Positions 1-9,043 are shown, numbered from the stretch's first letter. The stretch is 52,341 nt of DNA from a virus (IMGVR_UViG_3300013126_000013); one strand, 5' to 3'. The notes: generated by a model from the sequence alone, not told the origin. Program-made: numbers and translations.

Positions 1-754
1 GGCCCTGAACGGCGTAGTCACCCATAATCCAGTCGATAACTTTCGATTCAGCTTTCAGCGAGTCGATGCATTCACTCTCAATACGCTTTTGGAGCTCTTC
101 ATCAAACAGCTCAGGATATTCTTCACGTAGAGTGTTAATGATCTTGATGCCAACCTGTGCATGAAGCATCTCTTCGTTACGAGTATATTGAACTTGTTGT
201 GCACAGTCTTTGAGAACTGCTTTGTTACGGTTGAAATGCATGATGATATAGAACTGCGAGAACAGAGACACATTCTCGACAAACAAAGTGAAGAGAGTAA
301 TAGCGTAAATATACTGCTTCTTTGCGTCGTCTTTGTAAGTCTTCTTGAGGTACTTACGAAGGTAGTTAACGCGGCCTTTAATCACTTCTTCGTTTAGATT
401 CTGCTCAAACACGTGAGTAAGCTGAAGAACGTCGAGGAGCTTTTCATATGCTAGATTGTGAATCACTTCAGAATTCGCCATTGCAAATCCAAGATCACGA
501 AGTGAAGGATGAGGAAGGTTCTTACCTAGATCAGCCCAGAATGTTTTAACCGCAACTTCAATCTGTCCGATAGCAGATAGTGTTTTTACGATAACTTCCT
601 GTTCCTGCTCAGTTAGATCAGTTTTAAACTGAGAGTAGTCTGATCTAAAATTGAACTCATCGGGAGTCCAGAAGCCTTGCCAGATTGCATCGATGAACTG
701 CTTAGTCCATGGATATAGATCTGGTTTACGTGAAATTTGTTCTTCGAATAACAT
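1..754 (-). CDS. nrdB: Ribonucleotide reductase class Ia beta subunit (3' end runs off the window)
   Basis: Not in the ORF track because it has no stop in the window. Manual translation from ATG 754: MLFEEQISRKPDLYPWTKQF...WTPDEF...SEVIHNLAY...VENVSLFSQF...RNEEMLH, with di-iron ExxH motifs and the radical Tyr. Confidence 0.93.
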   Translation of the reverse strand, partial: MLFEEQISRKPDLYPWTKQFIDAIWQGFWTPDEFNFRSDYSQFKTDLTEQEQEVIVKTLSAIGQIEVAVKTFWADLGKNLPHPSLRDLGFAMANSEVIHNLAYEKLLDVLQLTHVFEQNLNEEVIKGRVNYLRKYLKKTYKDDAKKQYIYAITLFTLFVENVSLFSQFYIIMHFNRNKAVLKDCAQQVQYTRNEEMLHAQVGIKIINTLREEYPELFDEELQKRIESECIDSLKAESKVIDWIMGDYAVQG

Positions 755-776
755 TTATTCCTCTTTCTTATTTTTC

Positions 777-1643
777 TTATACAGCCATCGGAGCTTTCAG
801 CGATTCCATCGGGTCATATCCCACCAACTCAAAATCAGAAGCACATAATGTTTGAATGCTGTCGACGTTAAGTGACTGCAGTTCAGGCATTTTGAGAGTA
901 GGTAATTTTCGAGGAGTTCGCTTAAGTTGTTCACGTACTACATCTTCATGAGTACTATATATATGCGCGTCACCTATGCTATGTACTAAATATGCTACTT
1001 CCAGTGAACAAATTTGCGATATCATATGTGTAAGTAGAGCATAACTTGCGATATTGAATGGTACTCCAAGAAACATATCAGCCGAACGTTGATACAGATG
1101 GCAACTTAGTTTACCGTTGATAACCCGAAACTGCGCGAGTACGTGACAGGGTGGTAGTGCCATTTCGGAGAGTTGTAGAGGATTCCATGCCGAAAGGATA
1201 ATTCGTCTTGAGTCAGGATTGGTTCGTATCTGTTTAACAATGTCTTCGATTTGGTCGTGGCCTTGGCCGTTAAAGTTGCGCCATTGCGATCCGTAGACTG
1301 GCCCAAGCTCTTTGGTGTATTCATCGTGGTGGTGTCCAAGAGCGCGACCTTGAGCGTAGGCATTTGCTGTCCAAATGGTCTGCTTTCCAACCAAGTCAAC
1401 TCGATGCTTCTCATAAGTGATTTCAGCGAGTCTTCTTTCATCTGTACTTCCTTCTAAAAACCAAAGTAGTTCACCGACAACAGCTTTCCATGCGAGACGC
1501 TTTGTTGTAACTGCTGGAAACCCTTCACGAAGATCAAATCGCATCTGGTAACCGAAGACCGAACGTGTACCAACTCCAGTGCGATCAGAACAAACTTCTC
1601 CATTGTCAAGAATATACTGAAGTGCATCATGATACTGTTTCAT
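777..1643 (-). CDS. td: Thymidylate synthase (canonical ThyA)
   Basis: DRTGVGT, ELLWF, LGPVYGSQWR, ALPPCH, YQRSADMFLGVPFNIASY; Asn in PFN indicates dUMP specificity. Start taken at MKQYH. Confidence 0.97.
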   Translation of the reverse strand: MKQYHDALQYILDNGEVCSDRTGVGTRSVFGYQMRFDLREGFPAVTTKRLAWKAVVGELLWFLEGSTDERRLAEITYEKHRVDLVGKQTIWTANAYAQGRALGHHHDEYTKELGPVYGSQWRNFNGQGHDQIEDIVKQIRTNPDSRRIILSAWNPLQLSEMALPPCHVLAQFRVINGKLSCHLYQRSADMFLGVPFNIASYALLTHMISQICSLEVAYLVHSIGDAHIYSTHEDVVREQLKRTPRKLPTLKMPELQSLNVDSIQTLCASDFELVGYDPMESLKAPMAV

Positions 1644-2134
1644 ACTCGACTCCAAACACTAAATGAACAAATGTCAGAATTTTTACTATCAACCAATCGA
1701 ATAAAGGGTTTCAATTGTTCTGGATTGAGAAATGTATCGCATCCATAAGCATCTTTAAATTTAGTCAAGTACAATCTTTCGCAGAATGGAAGAGCTTGAG
1801 CATAGATATTGCCACCGCCGATGACCCAGATATTCTTGTTTGGGTATTCCATCTGTAGGGTTTGTAGCATAGAACCCATGTCTCGAGGGGCGATGTCAAT
1901 TACACGATGTGGAATTCCATGTAATCGTTCTGGGTGATTGCTCAGAATAATGTTTATCCGTTTTGGAAGCTTCATAGAACCAATCGATTCCCAAGTTTTA
2001 CTTCCCATAACAACCACGTCGTCTGTAGTATTATCTCGAAACCATTTCATATCTTCTGCATGATAGGGCCATGGCAGGCCGCCATTTTTACCGATACCAT
2101 GTTCAGTATCACAAGCCACAATCGCACTAATCAT
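1640..2134 (-). CDS. frd: Dihydrofolate reductase
   Basis: IVACD..HGIGKNGGLPW, VVMGSKTWESI, LPKRINIILS, WVIGGGNIY, DTF; ATG after GAGG. Confidence 0.95.
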   Translation of the reverse strand: MISAIVACDTEHGIGKNGGLPWPYHAEDMKWFRDNTTDDVVVMGSKTWESIGSMKLPKRINIILSNHPERLHGIPHRVIDIAPRDMGSMLQTLQMEYPNKNIWVIGGGNIYAQALPFCERLYLTKFKDAYGCDTFLNPEQLKPFIRLVDSKNSDICSFSVWSRV

Positions 2135-2179
2135 ATCCACCTCATTCTTAATACAGTATATCTATACGATCCAGAATCT

Positions 2180-2207
2180 ATACTATCACATATGCAGAAA
2201 ATGTCAA
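2180..2207 (-). promoter_or_regulatory. Host sigma70-type promoter for frd-td-nrdB
   Basis: TTGACA-N16-TAGTAT on the minus strand. Confidence 0.7.
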
Positions 2208-2209
2208 CT

Positions 2210-2217
2210 TATAAATA
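2210..2217 (+). promoter_or_regulatory. T4-type late promoter
   Basis: Exact TATAAATA about 70 nt upstream of the plus-strand ORF at 2288; gp55 is encoded in the window. Confidence 0.75.
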
Positions 2218-2287
2218 TGAAGTGTAATACAACGTGTAACCCTTGACCTATACCATGATTTTGTAATTAACAAGAAAGGATAGGTCT

Positions 2288-2614
2288 ATGAAAGCAGGAC
2301 TTTTAGATATGTACAAATACCTACCAGTTGTGGCTTTACTTCTTGGACTCGTAGTAGTGTTCTTTGCAGATGATAAATATCGTTATGCATGCCAGGATCC
2401 GGCAAATTGGAGCACACCTGAATGCGAACCTCCAATTTGTACAGCATCCGGAACATGCCCAGAGAACTTAGTCACGCTAGACGGTTCACCGGTATCTTCT
2501 GAACAACTAACAGAAATGGTTGCTGAGATTGAAGCATCTCAAGCTGCAGTTGGTATTAAACCGGCTGAAGTTGCGACCGAAGAAGAAACACCACTATATG
2601 AAGAGGTAGAATAA
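2288..2614 (+). CDS. Membrane-anchored Cys-rich small protein (hypothetical)
   Basis: N-terminal hydrophobic helix followed by C-x10-C-x4-C-x5-C and an acidic tail. Confidence 0.7.
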   Translation: MKAGLLDMYKYLPVVALLLGLVVVFFADDKYRYACQDPANWSTPECEPPICTASGTCPENLVTLDGSPVSSEQLTEMVAEIEASQAAVGIKPAEVATEEETPLYEEVE

Positions 2615-2886
2615 TGGCCGGCAAAAAAGATACTATTGAAGAACTCAACGCAAAACTTCGTTTCATTGTAGGTGTTTGCCTCGCATTCACTCTCACCGGA
2701 ACGATCTTTGCAGTTCTTTACTCACTCATTCATGTGACTCAACCGATGTTTGTTTCACCAAACGATCAAAAGTTCTTTGAGCTTATTCAACCAATTGCAA
2801 CGTTCTTGACCGGTACATTATCCGGCATAATGTTGTCTGGTTCAGGTACAAAAGCTTCAAAGAAAGACGAAGACGAAGCTGCCTAA
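2614..2886 (+). CDS. Two-TM membrane protein (holin-like, hypothetical)
   Basis: Two hydrophobic segments with charged termini; coupled to the upstream ORF by a TAATG overlap. Confidence 0.65.
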   Translation: MAGKKDTIEELNAKLRFIVGVCLAFTLTGTIFAVLYSLIHVTQPMFVSPNDQKFFELIQPIATFLTGTLSGIMLSGSGTKASKKDEDEAA

Positions 2887-3911
2887 CAACGGCGCCATTC
2901 GGCAAGAGTTAATCTTCCAGACAGACCAGAATAAGTATTCTCGTCAATAATCAACTCTACCTCAGCGGTCGTAAGTCCGCTGAGTACCATATCATTAATA
3001 TCCTTCACTGTAATCTTTGAAGGCCATATACATATCTTGTATCCACGATCGATCATTTTCTCCATACGAGAAACGATCTCTTTGTTACGTGGTTCGTTAT
3101 CAAACACAAATACCGCATTATCAAGATTTTCAAGACCAGTTGCATTACCATCTGCGCCGGCCATGGCTACAGCATTTGATAGAAACAACGAGTCAATAGG
3201 ACCTTCGACCACATAATACTTCTTATTGAAGTCGACTTGATCGAGCCCAAACAGCTTCGCTTTCTCTTCAAGCATGATAGTAATATATCGAATAGATAGC
3301 TTGTCGAATGCACGGCCCTGAAAACCGAACACTACACCATTCTGATCGATCAGAGGTAGGACAAGACGAGGCAGGTCACGTTCGGGCTGTGGAAGCTTAT
3401 TCGGAATAAGACTATTCACCCAAGTATTGAACTTCGGCGCATAGTAGAGACGATGATGTGCTTTTGTTGGAATATTGCGCTTGTTAATATAAGACCGTGC
3501 AGGATGATCTGCAGGTAACTGTCCCATCCGTTTGATCTTAAGTAGAGGTGATCCGGAACGCTTAAAGTTTGGTACTGGAGCTGTAAGAGTCTCAAGAGCC
3601 TTAGGTTTCTCCTGAGGAGGCTTCAAGGACATCTTATCAAACTTTGAATCGATTACGTAGTCGTTATAGAGACCAACATCTGTAAGCTTGAGCAATCTCC
3701 AGAGCGGGTGGCTTTGACCACAGTTGAAACAATGGAACATTGCAGTTGTATCTTTTTCGATCAACCATCCACGACATAGAGTCTTCGACTTCTGGCTGTC
3801 ACCACATATCGGACACCGAAAGTTAGCTTTGTATGGATTTGATTGCTTGACCTTATATCTCTCTAGACGAGTAGACAGAATGCCACAGTACTTTACATCT
3901 ACGAGATTCAT
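2883..3911 (-). CDS. 61: DNA primase (T4 gp61)
   Basis: NFRCPICGDS...FHCFNC zinc finger, FGFQGRA, VVEGPIDSLFL, FDNEPRNKEI, KDINDM TOPRIM motifs. Confidence 0.96.
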   Translation of the reverse strand: MNLVDVKYCGILSTRLERYKVKQSNPYKANFRCPICGDSQKSKTLCRGWLIEKDTTAMFHCFNCGQSHPLWRLLKLTDVGLYNDYVIDSKFDKMSLKPPQEKPKALETLTAPVPNFKRSGSPLLKIKRMGQLPADHPARSYINKRNIPTKAHHRLYYAPKFNTWVNSLIPNKLPQPERDLPRLVLPLIDQNGVVFGFQGRAFDKLSIRYITIMLEEKAKLFGLDQVDFNKKYYVVEGPIDSLFLSNAVAMAGADGNATGLENLDNAVFVFDNEPRNKEIVSRMEKMIDRGYKICIWPSKITVKDINDMVLSGLTTAEVELIIDENTYSGLSGRLTLAEWRRC

Positions 3912-3990
3912 GATGATTGATCCTAAGTATATTCATAAGCTTAATAGCATTATACTCAGTTCGTAGGGTTTGTACACCAAAAAAGTGTGG

Positions 3991-4452
3991 TTAACCCAAA
4001 AAATTTGTCCAGGGTACCTGTGCGATGATAAAACCGATGATTGCCGCACCACCCATCACATACCACTTCCACTTCTCGAGAACTGCAATTCTTCCATCAA
4101 GTTCCTTGTGGTTATCTGCTATTTCTTTGATTGCCGCGAGCAACTCCTTGTGGTGTTTCTCGCGGTCAGCATAATTTTCGTCTTTCATATCCGATATTCT
4201 TTTGTGTAATAGGTCGACTTGTTTTTCAAAATCAGTTTTTCTTTCCGACATCGAAACCTTTAAGCCATCAATTTGTTGATCATGATTTTGTAACTTATTT
4301 TCATGAACAATTAACATCTTTGAAATGCTATTTGAGATTTCTGCCATCTTTTCGATAGCATCATCAATCTTACCGGAAAAGGTTTGAATTGCGCCAACGT
4401 CACGCTTAATGACTTCAACATCAGTCTTCAGCTTATTTAAATCATCGACCAT
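3991..4452 (-). CDS. Coiled-coil protein with C-terminal TM helix; holin/lysis accessory candidate
   Basis: Heptad-rich body ending LEKWKWYVMGGAAIIGFII; last gene of the lysis cassette. Confidence 0.5.
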   Translation of the reverse strand: MVDDLNKLKTDVEVIKRDVGAIQTFSGKIDDAIEKMAEISNSISKMLIVHENKLQNHDQQIDGLKVSMSERKTDFEKQVDLLHKRISDMKDENYADREKHHKELLAAIKEIADNHKELDGRIAVLEKWKWYVMGGAAIIGFIIAQVPWTNFLG

Positions 4453-4461
4453 CTTATTACC

Positions 4462-4875
4462 TTAGTTAGTTGTATTGATGTTATTTATCTCTTCATTCGC
4501 AGCATCAATAGCAGCATTACTTTCTTTATAATAACCTTCATACGCAACAATGATTGCCTGTTGTTGTTGAATGAATCCACGAATATCACTCAAGTTCAAC
4601 ACTAGGTTTTCATACCCCTTGTCAGTCAATCCAAAAAGTACAATGGGTTTACCCTTTTTCGCGAGGTCATTAAAGACTTCTTCATAGTTATCAGGCGTAA
4701 TGATTACCCATTCAATATCACGTGACTTAATTGGATCAGCATACGGTAAAACTAATTCTGGTTTATCAACTGGTTTTGCCGATATCTGAATCTCTTGTAT
4801 CGGTGGCTTACCGCATCCACTAATGAGGAAGAGTGTTAAAAAGCCAAGGGCACTCACTATTAAATGATTTACCAT
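4462..4875 (-). CDS. o-spanin (Rz1-like lipoprotein)
   Basis: Signal peptide with lipobox LISG/C from MVNHL; Pro-rich; overlaps the 3' end of the i-spanin in another frame. Confidence 0.8.
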   Translation of the reverse strand: MVNHLIVSALGFLTLFLISGCGKPPIQEIQISAKPVDKPELVLPYADPIKSRDIEWVIITPDNYEEVFNDLAKKGKPIVLFGLTDKGYENLVLNLSDIRGFIQQQQAIIVAYEGYYKESNAAIDAANEEINNINTTN

Positions 4876-5281
4876 CAGTAGCATTCCTTTCAGCATCAGA
4901 TAAAGCCGCACCGCTCAAAAGCTCGAAACATCTCGCCGCTTTATCTGATGCGCCATTGACCACTCTTTGAACTAGACCTGGCTTCTTTGATGCAAGATAA
5001 GCTAGATCGTGTTCGCTTAAGCGGTCGGACAATTCACGATTTTGTGCTCTCACCGCCGCAAATGATTCATTCACTCTTGTGATTTCAGCGTTTGCAGCAG
5101 CAAAGTTTTGTTGAAGAGTCGCGATCGTCTCCTCATTGGTTTTGACCGCGATCTCTAATTTTGCGTTATTCTCGACTAGTATTGTAATTCGAGCTTGGCT
5201 ATCTTTGTAATACCAATAGAACCCACCAATCATGGTGAGCATAATCGCGCCCATTATAAGATAACCCTTTATTCCTAGCAT
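4820..5281 (-). CDS. i-spanin (Rz-like)
   Basis: N-terminal TM helix, long coiled coil, two C-terminal Cys; directly after the endolysin. Confidence 0.8.
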   Translation of the reverse strand: MLGIKGYLIMGAIMLTMIGGFYWYYKDSQARITILVENNAKLEIAVKTNEETIATLQQNFAAANAEITRVNESFAAVRAQNRELSDRLSEHDLAYLASKKPGLVQRVVNGASDKAARCFELLSGAALSDAERNATDGKSFNSECPWLFNTLPH

Positions 5282-5283
5282 GG

Positions 5284-6159
5284 TTATCCTAGAAGCTTTG
5301 CGAGTGTTTTTGGGCCTGCTACGCCATCAGCGGTCAAGCCATTCTTTGCTTGCCATGATTTGAGCGAAGCTTCAGTGCCAATTCCGAATACACCATCAGC
5401 CTTGAGACCAAGAGCAGCTTGAAGCTTCTTCACAGTTTCACCTTGTGATCCACGCTTCACAGTAGTGGCAGGAGCAGAAGATTCTGTAACTGATGCTTTA
5501 GCAGGAGCTGGAGCAACAGAGACCTTTCCACCAAGGATCGCAAGGGCCTTTTCCCAACGTGCTTTACGATCTGCAAGACCGATGTCACCGCCGTTGATGA
5601 TTTTAGTCATCTTTACGATGTCGCCAGAATCAGCAATCGTATTGAGCTTCTTTGCATTCCAGAACCAGCATGCTGACTCGATTGCACCCTTTTCAGTTGC
5701 AACATATTCAGCTGCCTCTTCTGCTGTCATGTTAACTGTCTTACCAAAGTTAGTATAGTTTTCACGACCCGTGAGTTGCTTCAAGCCACGACCACGGAAT
5801 CTCCAGCCATCGCCTTCTTTTACGTTACCCATCTTTGAGCTACGGAACTCATCCATGTAAACATAGTTAGCAATCTTTTCTGGATTACGTGCATATTCTT
5901 TTGCATTACGCTTTGGCGCTGGCCCAAAATAACGGCCAAACACTTTAAGCAATGTTTCTTCTTTGTAGTTCAAATTCTCTTCAAGATTATTGAAGTTGTT
6001 TGATTCGTGTGCGCACTGAGCAACAAATCCTGCGATGCGATTTGGCGTATTAATTTCATACTTTGGGAAGATTTCCATCATTGCTTTGTACCATGACGAA
6101 ACATTCTTGTTTGTTGGAATCATCGCTGCTAGATGTTCTTCTTTAAATTCAAAACTCAT
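5284..6159 (-). CDS. Endolysin: GH19 lysozyme/chitinase domain plus C-terminal peptidoglycan-binding domain
   Basis: RIAGFVAQCAHES, EENLNY, DGWRFRGRGLKQLTGRENY, TKIINGG; C-terminal LQAALGLKADGVFG...QAKNGLTADGVAGPKT (PG_binding_1-type repeats). Confidence 0.93.
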   Translation of the reverse strand: MSFEFKEEHLAAMIPTNKNVSSWYKAMMEIFPKYEINTPNRIAGFVAQCAHESNNFNNLEENLNYKEETLLKVFGRYFGPAPKRNAKEYARNPEKIANYVYMDEFRSSKMGNVKEGDGWRFRGRGLKQLTGRENYTNFGKTVNMTAEEAAEYVATEKGAIESACWFWNAKKLNTIADSGDIVKMTKIINGGDIGLADRKARWEKALAILGGKVSVAPAPAKASVTESSAPATTVKRGSQGETVKKLQAALGLKADGVFGIGTEASLKSWQAKNGLTADGVAGPKTLAKLLG

Positions 6160-6713
6160 TTGTTATCTCCTTCAAGTTTACTAAACGTACTAAATCTCTT
6201 GATCACTGATGTTTGATCTTTTTGTATTTTCTTTTGTCTCTTTTTCGAAACACCTGGTTCGCCATCTGGACCTACACCGATTCCAGCAATATTGCCAGAA
6301 CCAGCACTGTTGATTGGTGCTTCTTCAAACATCATTTCAAAATTATTGTTGACACTATACGCTTCTATAGTATAATGAATATATTGGTTTAATCTTGATT
6401 CAATTAGATCTTCAGTGAGTGTGTCGCCGTGATCTTCGATCTCTTTATGCTCTTTAATGAGCCATAGCGCTGCAGCATAGGTTGCTAGTCGAGTTTGACC
6501 AGCTGGAAGCTTAGCAAGTAGCTTCTTAAGTTTCAAGATCATACGGTCATAGATACCATATGCTTGTCTTTCAGCAACCTTTGTGAAGTCTTTTCTCTTC
6601 TTGAGTTCATTGCCCTCAGCATCAATAATGCCAAGTTTATAAGCGTCCCATTGATCAAAAGGTGTAGTAAGTCTCTTGATGAATTGGTAGACAAGGAATA
6701 GATCAACAATCAT
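6156..6713 (-). CDS. Conserved T4-like hypothetical, probable head-internal protein
   Basis: YQFIKRLTTPFDQWDAYKLGIID N-terminus recognised from T4-like phages; internal FEE/APINSAG resembles the gp23 maturation site. Confidence 0.7.
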   Translation of the reverse strand: MIVDLFLVYQFIKRLTTPFDQWDAYKLGIIDAEGNELKKRKDFTKVAERQAYGIYDRMILKLKKLLAKLPAGQTRLATYAAALWLIKEHKEIEDHGDTLTEDLIESRLNQYIHYTIEAYSVNNNFEMMFEEAPINSAGSGNIAGIGVGPDGEPGVSKKRQKKIQKDQTSVIKRFSTFSKLEGDNK

Positions 6714-7084
6714 ATCTTTCTCAACTCTGATATTATTTGTGGATCGAGCGGTACATCCACCGTTTTTAATTTAATGTCTTCGTATTCTACCACTTCTGGC
6801 AGATAGTTTAAAAATAAGACGAATGGCTTTAACATACTGTGATAATCTTTTAATTTAAAGAATAACATATGTGTTGTTTCTGGGCCAAAACAATTATATA
6901 GTACAATGATATGATTCAGAATCAATCTTATTTTTAAATCATCTGCTTCTTCATATCGTTTGAATAATCTTTTTAGGTATTGAAACCTTTTCAGGTCTTC
7001 ATAGAATTCTTCTGAGCTCGATGATTTCTTCACATCGTAAGCTTTCGCAGCATATAGTAAAAAATTAGAATCGTTCAAGATCAT
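6710..7084 (-). CDS. Conserved T4-like hypothetical (DUF7207-like, by recall)
   Basis: NFLLYAAKAY...EEFYEDLKRF.YLKRL...RLILNHIIVLYNCFG. Confidence 0.7.
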   Translation of the reverse strand: MILNDSNFLLYAAKAYDVKKSSSSEEFYEDLKRFQYLKRLFKRYEEADDLKIRLILNHIIVLYNCFGPETTHMLFFKLKDYHSMLKPFVLFLNYLPEVVEYEDIKLKTVDVPLDPQIISELRKI

Positions 7085-7107
7085 TCATTCACTCTTCATA
7101 AAGGTGA

Positions 7108-7129
7108 GAAGGGGGATTTCTCCCCCTTC
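7108..7129 (-). terminator. Stem-loop, possible terminator or processing site
   Basis: 9-bp perfect stem GAAGGGGGA/TCCCCCTTC with a GAAA loop just after the 7133 stop; U-tract is weak. Confidence 0.5.
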
Positions 7130-7132
7130 ATA

Positions 7133-7492
7133 TTAGCTATCAGCGACTGTAGCGTCTTCAATAGCAGTGTTACCAGAAACACCATCATCACCTGCGTCAG
7201 CAGCTGATACCTTCATAGGAATCAGCGACTCAACACGACGACGAGTTGCTCCGTTTGCGTCAGTGTAAGTTGTGAAAAGATTCCAACCAGGTGCGCGAAG
7301 ACCTGCGTCACGGTTAGATTCGATCGTTGCTTCAGTAGTATCAACAAAGAACGCGTTGTTTAGATCAAACTGATCTGGAAGACCTGGATAGTCGCGTGCA
7401 GTATTTGCAGTTGGAACAATGCTCGTGTTTGCGCCATCGATTAGATACTTTGGTGCAGAAGCTGCGGTGTCGGTTTTACCCCATAGTGCCAT
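7133..7492 (-). CDS. Probable virion structural protein (MALWG family)
   Basis: MALWGKTD...GWNLFTTYTD...RRRVESL; late-promoter variant AATAAATA at 7524-7531. Confidence 0.6.
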   Translation of the reverse strand: MALWGKTDTAASAPKYLIDGANTSIVPTANTARDYPGLPDQFDLNNAFFVDTTEATIESNRDAGLRAPGWNLFTTYTDANGATRRRVESLIPMKVSAADAGDDGVSGNTAIEDATVADS

Positions 7493-7556
7493 TGTTATTC
7501 TCCTTATTATTGGCTAATGGTATTATTTATTTGATCATTAAGTTCAGTACGAGTCA

Positions 7557-7865
7557 TTACCACTTTACCTTATCGGCCCAATACGCAGCAGACATTTTGC
7601 CCTTTGCAATATTCTTTGCATGACGAGCTTTAAACGACTTACGTTTCGCTTTCATACGAGCTGACTCACCTTCTTTTGGTGCACCAGCAGTCTCTGCGCC
7701 TTGTTCACCAAAGCGAATTGTCTTTACTTGATCGCCGTCCTTGGCGACCACGATGTGACTCTTTTCTGGATGAGAAGGTGTTGCCTTTGGCTTATTGAAA
7801 CCCTGGACACCGGCTCTTACGAGGCGAGGATCTTTCTCTTCTATGAACTCTCTGAAACCCTGCAT
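7557..7865 (-). CDS. Basic small protein with a capsid-targeting-like N-terminus
   Basis: Starts MQGFREFIEE; ends KSFKARHAKNIAKGKMSAAYWADKVKW. Confidence 0.7.
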   Translation of the reverse strand: MQGFREFIEEKDPRLVRAGVQGFNKPKATPSHPEKSHIVVAKDGDQVKTIRFGEQGAETAGAPKEGESARMKAKRKSFKARHAKNIAKGKMSAAYWADKVKW

Positions 7866-7866
7866 C

Positions 7867-8457
7867 TTATCCTCCGAACTCGTGGCCAGCAACACGACGC
7901 ATCTGCTTGTTGAACTCTTGTTGTGATGGCTTTTCTTTGTAAAGCTTGATCGAGATTTCTGGGCGTTCTTTACCTTTAATACGCCAGTTATAACCCTTCT
8001 CTTTATGCTCGGCTGAAGTAGTTTTTACAACACGACGTTTGTAGCCAGCTTCCCATGATTCAGCTTCGTCAAGATCAACTTCTTCAGTCTTGTTGTACTT
8101 CAAAGCATGAGCAGCTTTCACTTCGCGATCAGCTACCTTATCCATTGCTTTACCGGCATACTTCCAACGTTTATCAGCTTTAGCTTTGTTTTTGTCTTGA
8201 AGCGCGGCTGATGCATAGTCTCTTAGCTTTTCAGTTGATACCTCGTCGATCTGCTCGACTTCTTCTTGAGCGCTTCTAATTGCTTCTTTTGAAGGATACC
8301 CTTTATCTCCAGGTTTCGCGGGTGTCTCTCCACGTTTTCTCTTCGCGTGAATGTTAGTCCATAGGCCGTTGCCTTCTGTAACTTCGGTTGAACACTCATT
8401 ACAGCAATTAGGGGTACCACAATTTGGATGTTCAAGGAATAGCTTAAATGATTTCAT
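7867..8457 (-). CDS. Modular probable head-internal protein
   Basis: Starts MKSFKLFLE; short modules separated by VTE, IDE, LDE. Confidence 0.7.
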   Translation of the reverse strand: MKSFKLFLEHPNCGTPNCCNECSTEVTEGNGLWTNIHAKRKRGETPAKPGDKGYPSKEAIRSAQEEVEQIDEVSTEKLRDYASAALQDKNKAKADKRWKYAGKAMDKVADREVKAAHALKYNKTEEVDLDEAESWEAGYKRRVVKTTSAEHKEKGYNWRIKGKERPEISIKLYKEKPSQQEFNKQMRRVAGHEFGG

Positions 8458-8762
8458 AACTTACTCTTTTCTGCTTTGTGCGCCTGAGCTGCTTCCATTG
8501 AGTCAAACTCTTTGTGGTATGAACGATCGGCGTTATGTACTGCGTATGTTGCTTTCTTTGGAAACTTGTTGTAGACTTTAGTTACGCGAAGATCTGAAGC
8601 TTCTTCGAGGCGGCGAGCTTCTTCTGCCTCCAGCATACGAACCATTTGTGTCTGACGCATGTGGTGTGCTTCGTTTACACCGCGAGATAGATTGCGCTGA
8701 CGGCGATGAAAGTTAATCGCTTCAGAGAGTTCTTTATCTAATAGTTGTGTTACTTCTGTCAT
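8454..8762 (-). CDS. Hypothetical protein
   Basis: Open frame in the same operon, ATGA-coupled to the next gene. Confidence 0.65.
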   Translation of the reverse strand: MTEVTQLLDKELSEAINFHRRQRNLSRGVNEAHHMRQTQMVRMLEAEEARRLEEASDLRVTKVYNKFPKKATYAVHNADRSYHKEFDSMEAAQAHKAEKSKL

Positions 8763-8773
8763 AATTGGTATCC

Positions 8774-9034
8774 TTATTCTGCTGAATCAAAATCTTCTTC
8801 GTCGGCCATCTCTGACTCCATATAATCAGCAGCACCTGTGATGTAGTCTGTGGCAAGAACGATGTTGGCGATCACATGGCCTGGAAGTTCATCATCATCC
8901 TCGAGAAGAGTATGCAATCTTTTTGCCGCAGCAATAATCATTCTCAACTGAGACTTGGCCATGCCGCCTTCTTGGCCGTATTCACCATCGTTCTCGTCTT
9001 TGGCTTCAGCCAGCATTTCTTTAAAGCTTTTCAT
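8774..9034 (-). CDS. Acidic small protein with a capsid-targeting-like N-terminus
   Basis: Starts MKSFKEMLAE; EGGMAKSQL...LP.HV...ATDYI...DYM. Confidence 0.7.
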   Translation of the reverse strand: MKSFKEMLAEAKDENDGEYGQEGGMAKSQLRMIIAAAKRLHTLLEDDDELPGHVIANIVLATDYITGAADYMESEMADEEDFDSAE

Positions 9035-9043
9035 GATTACCTC

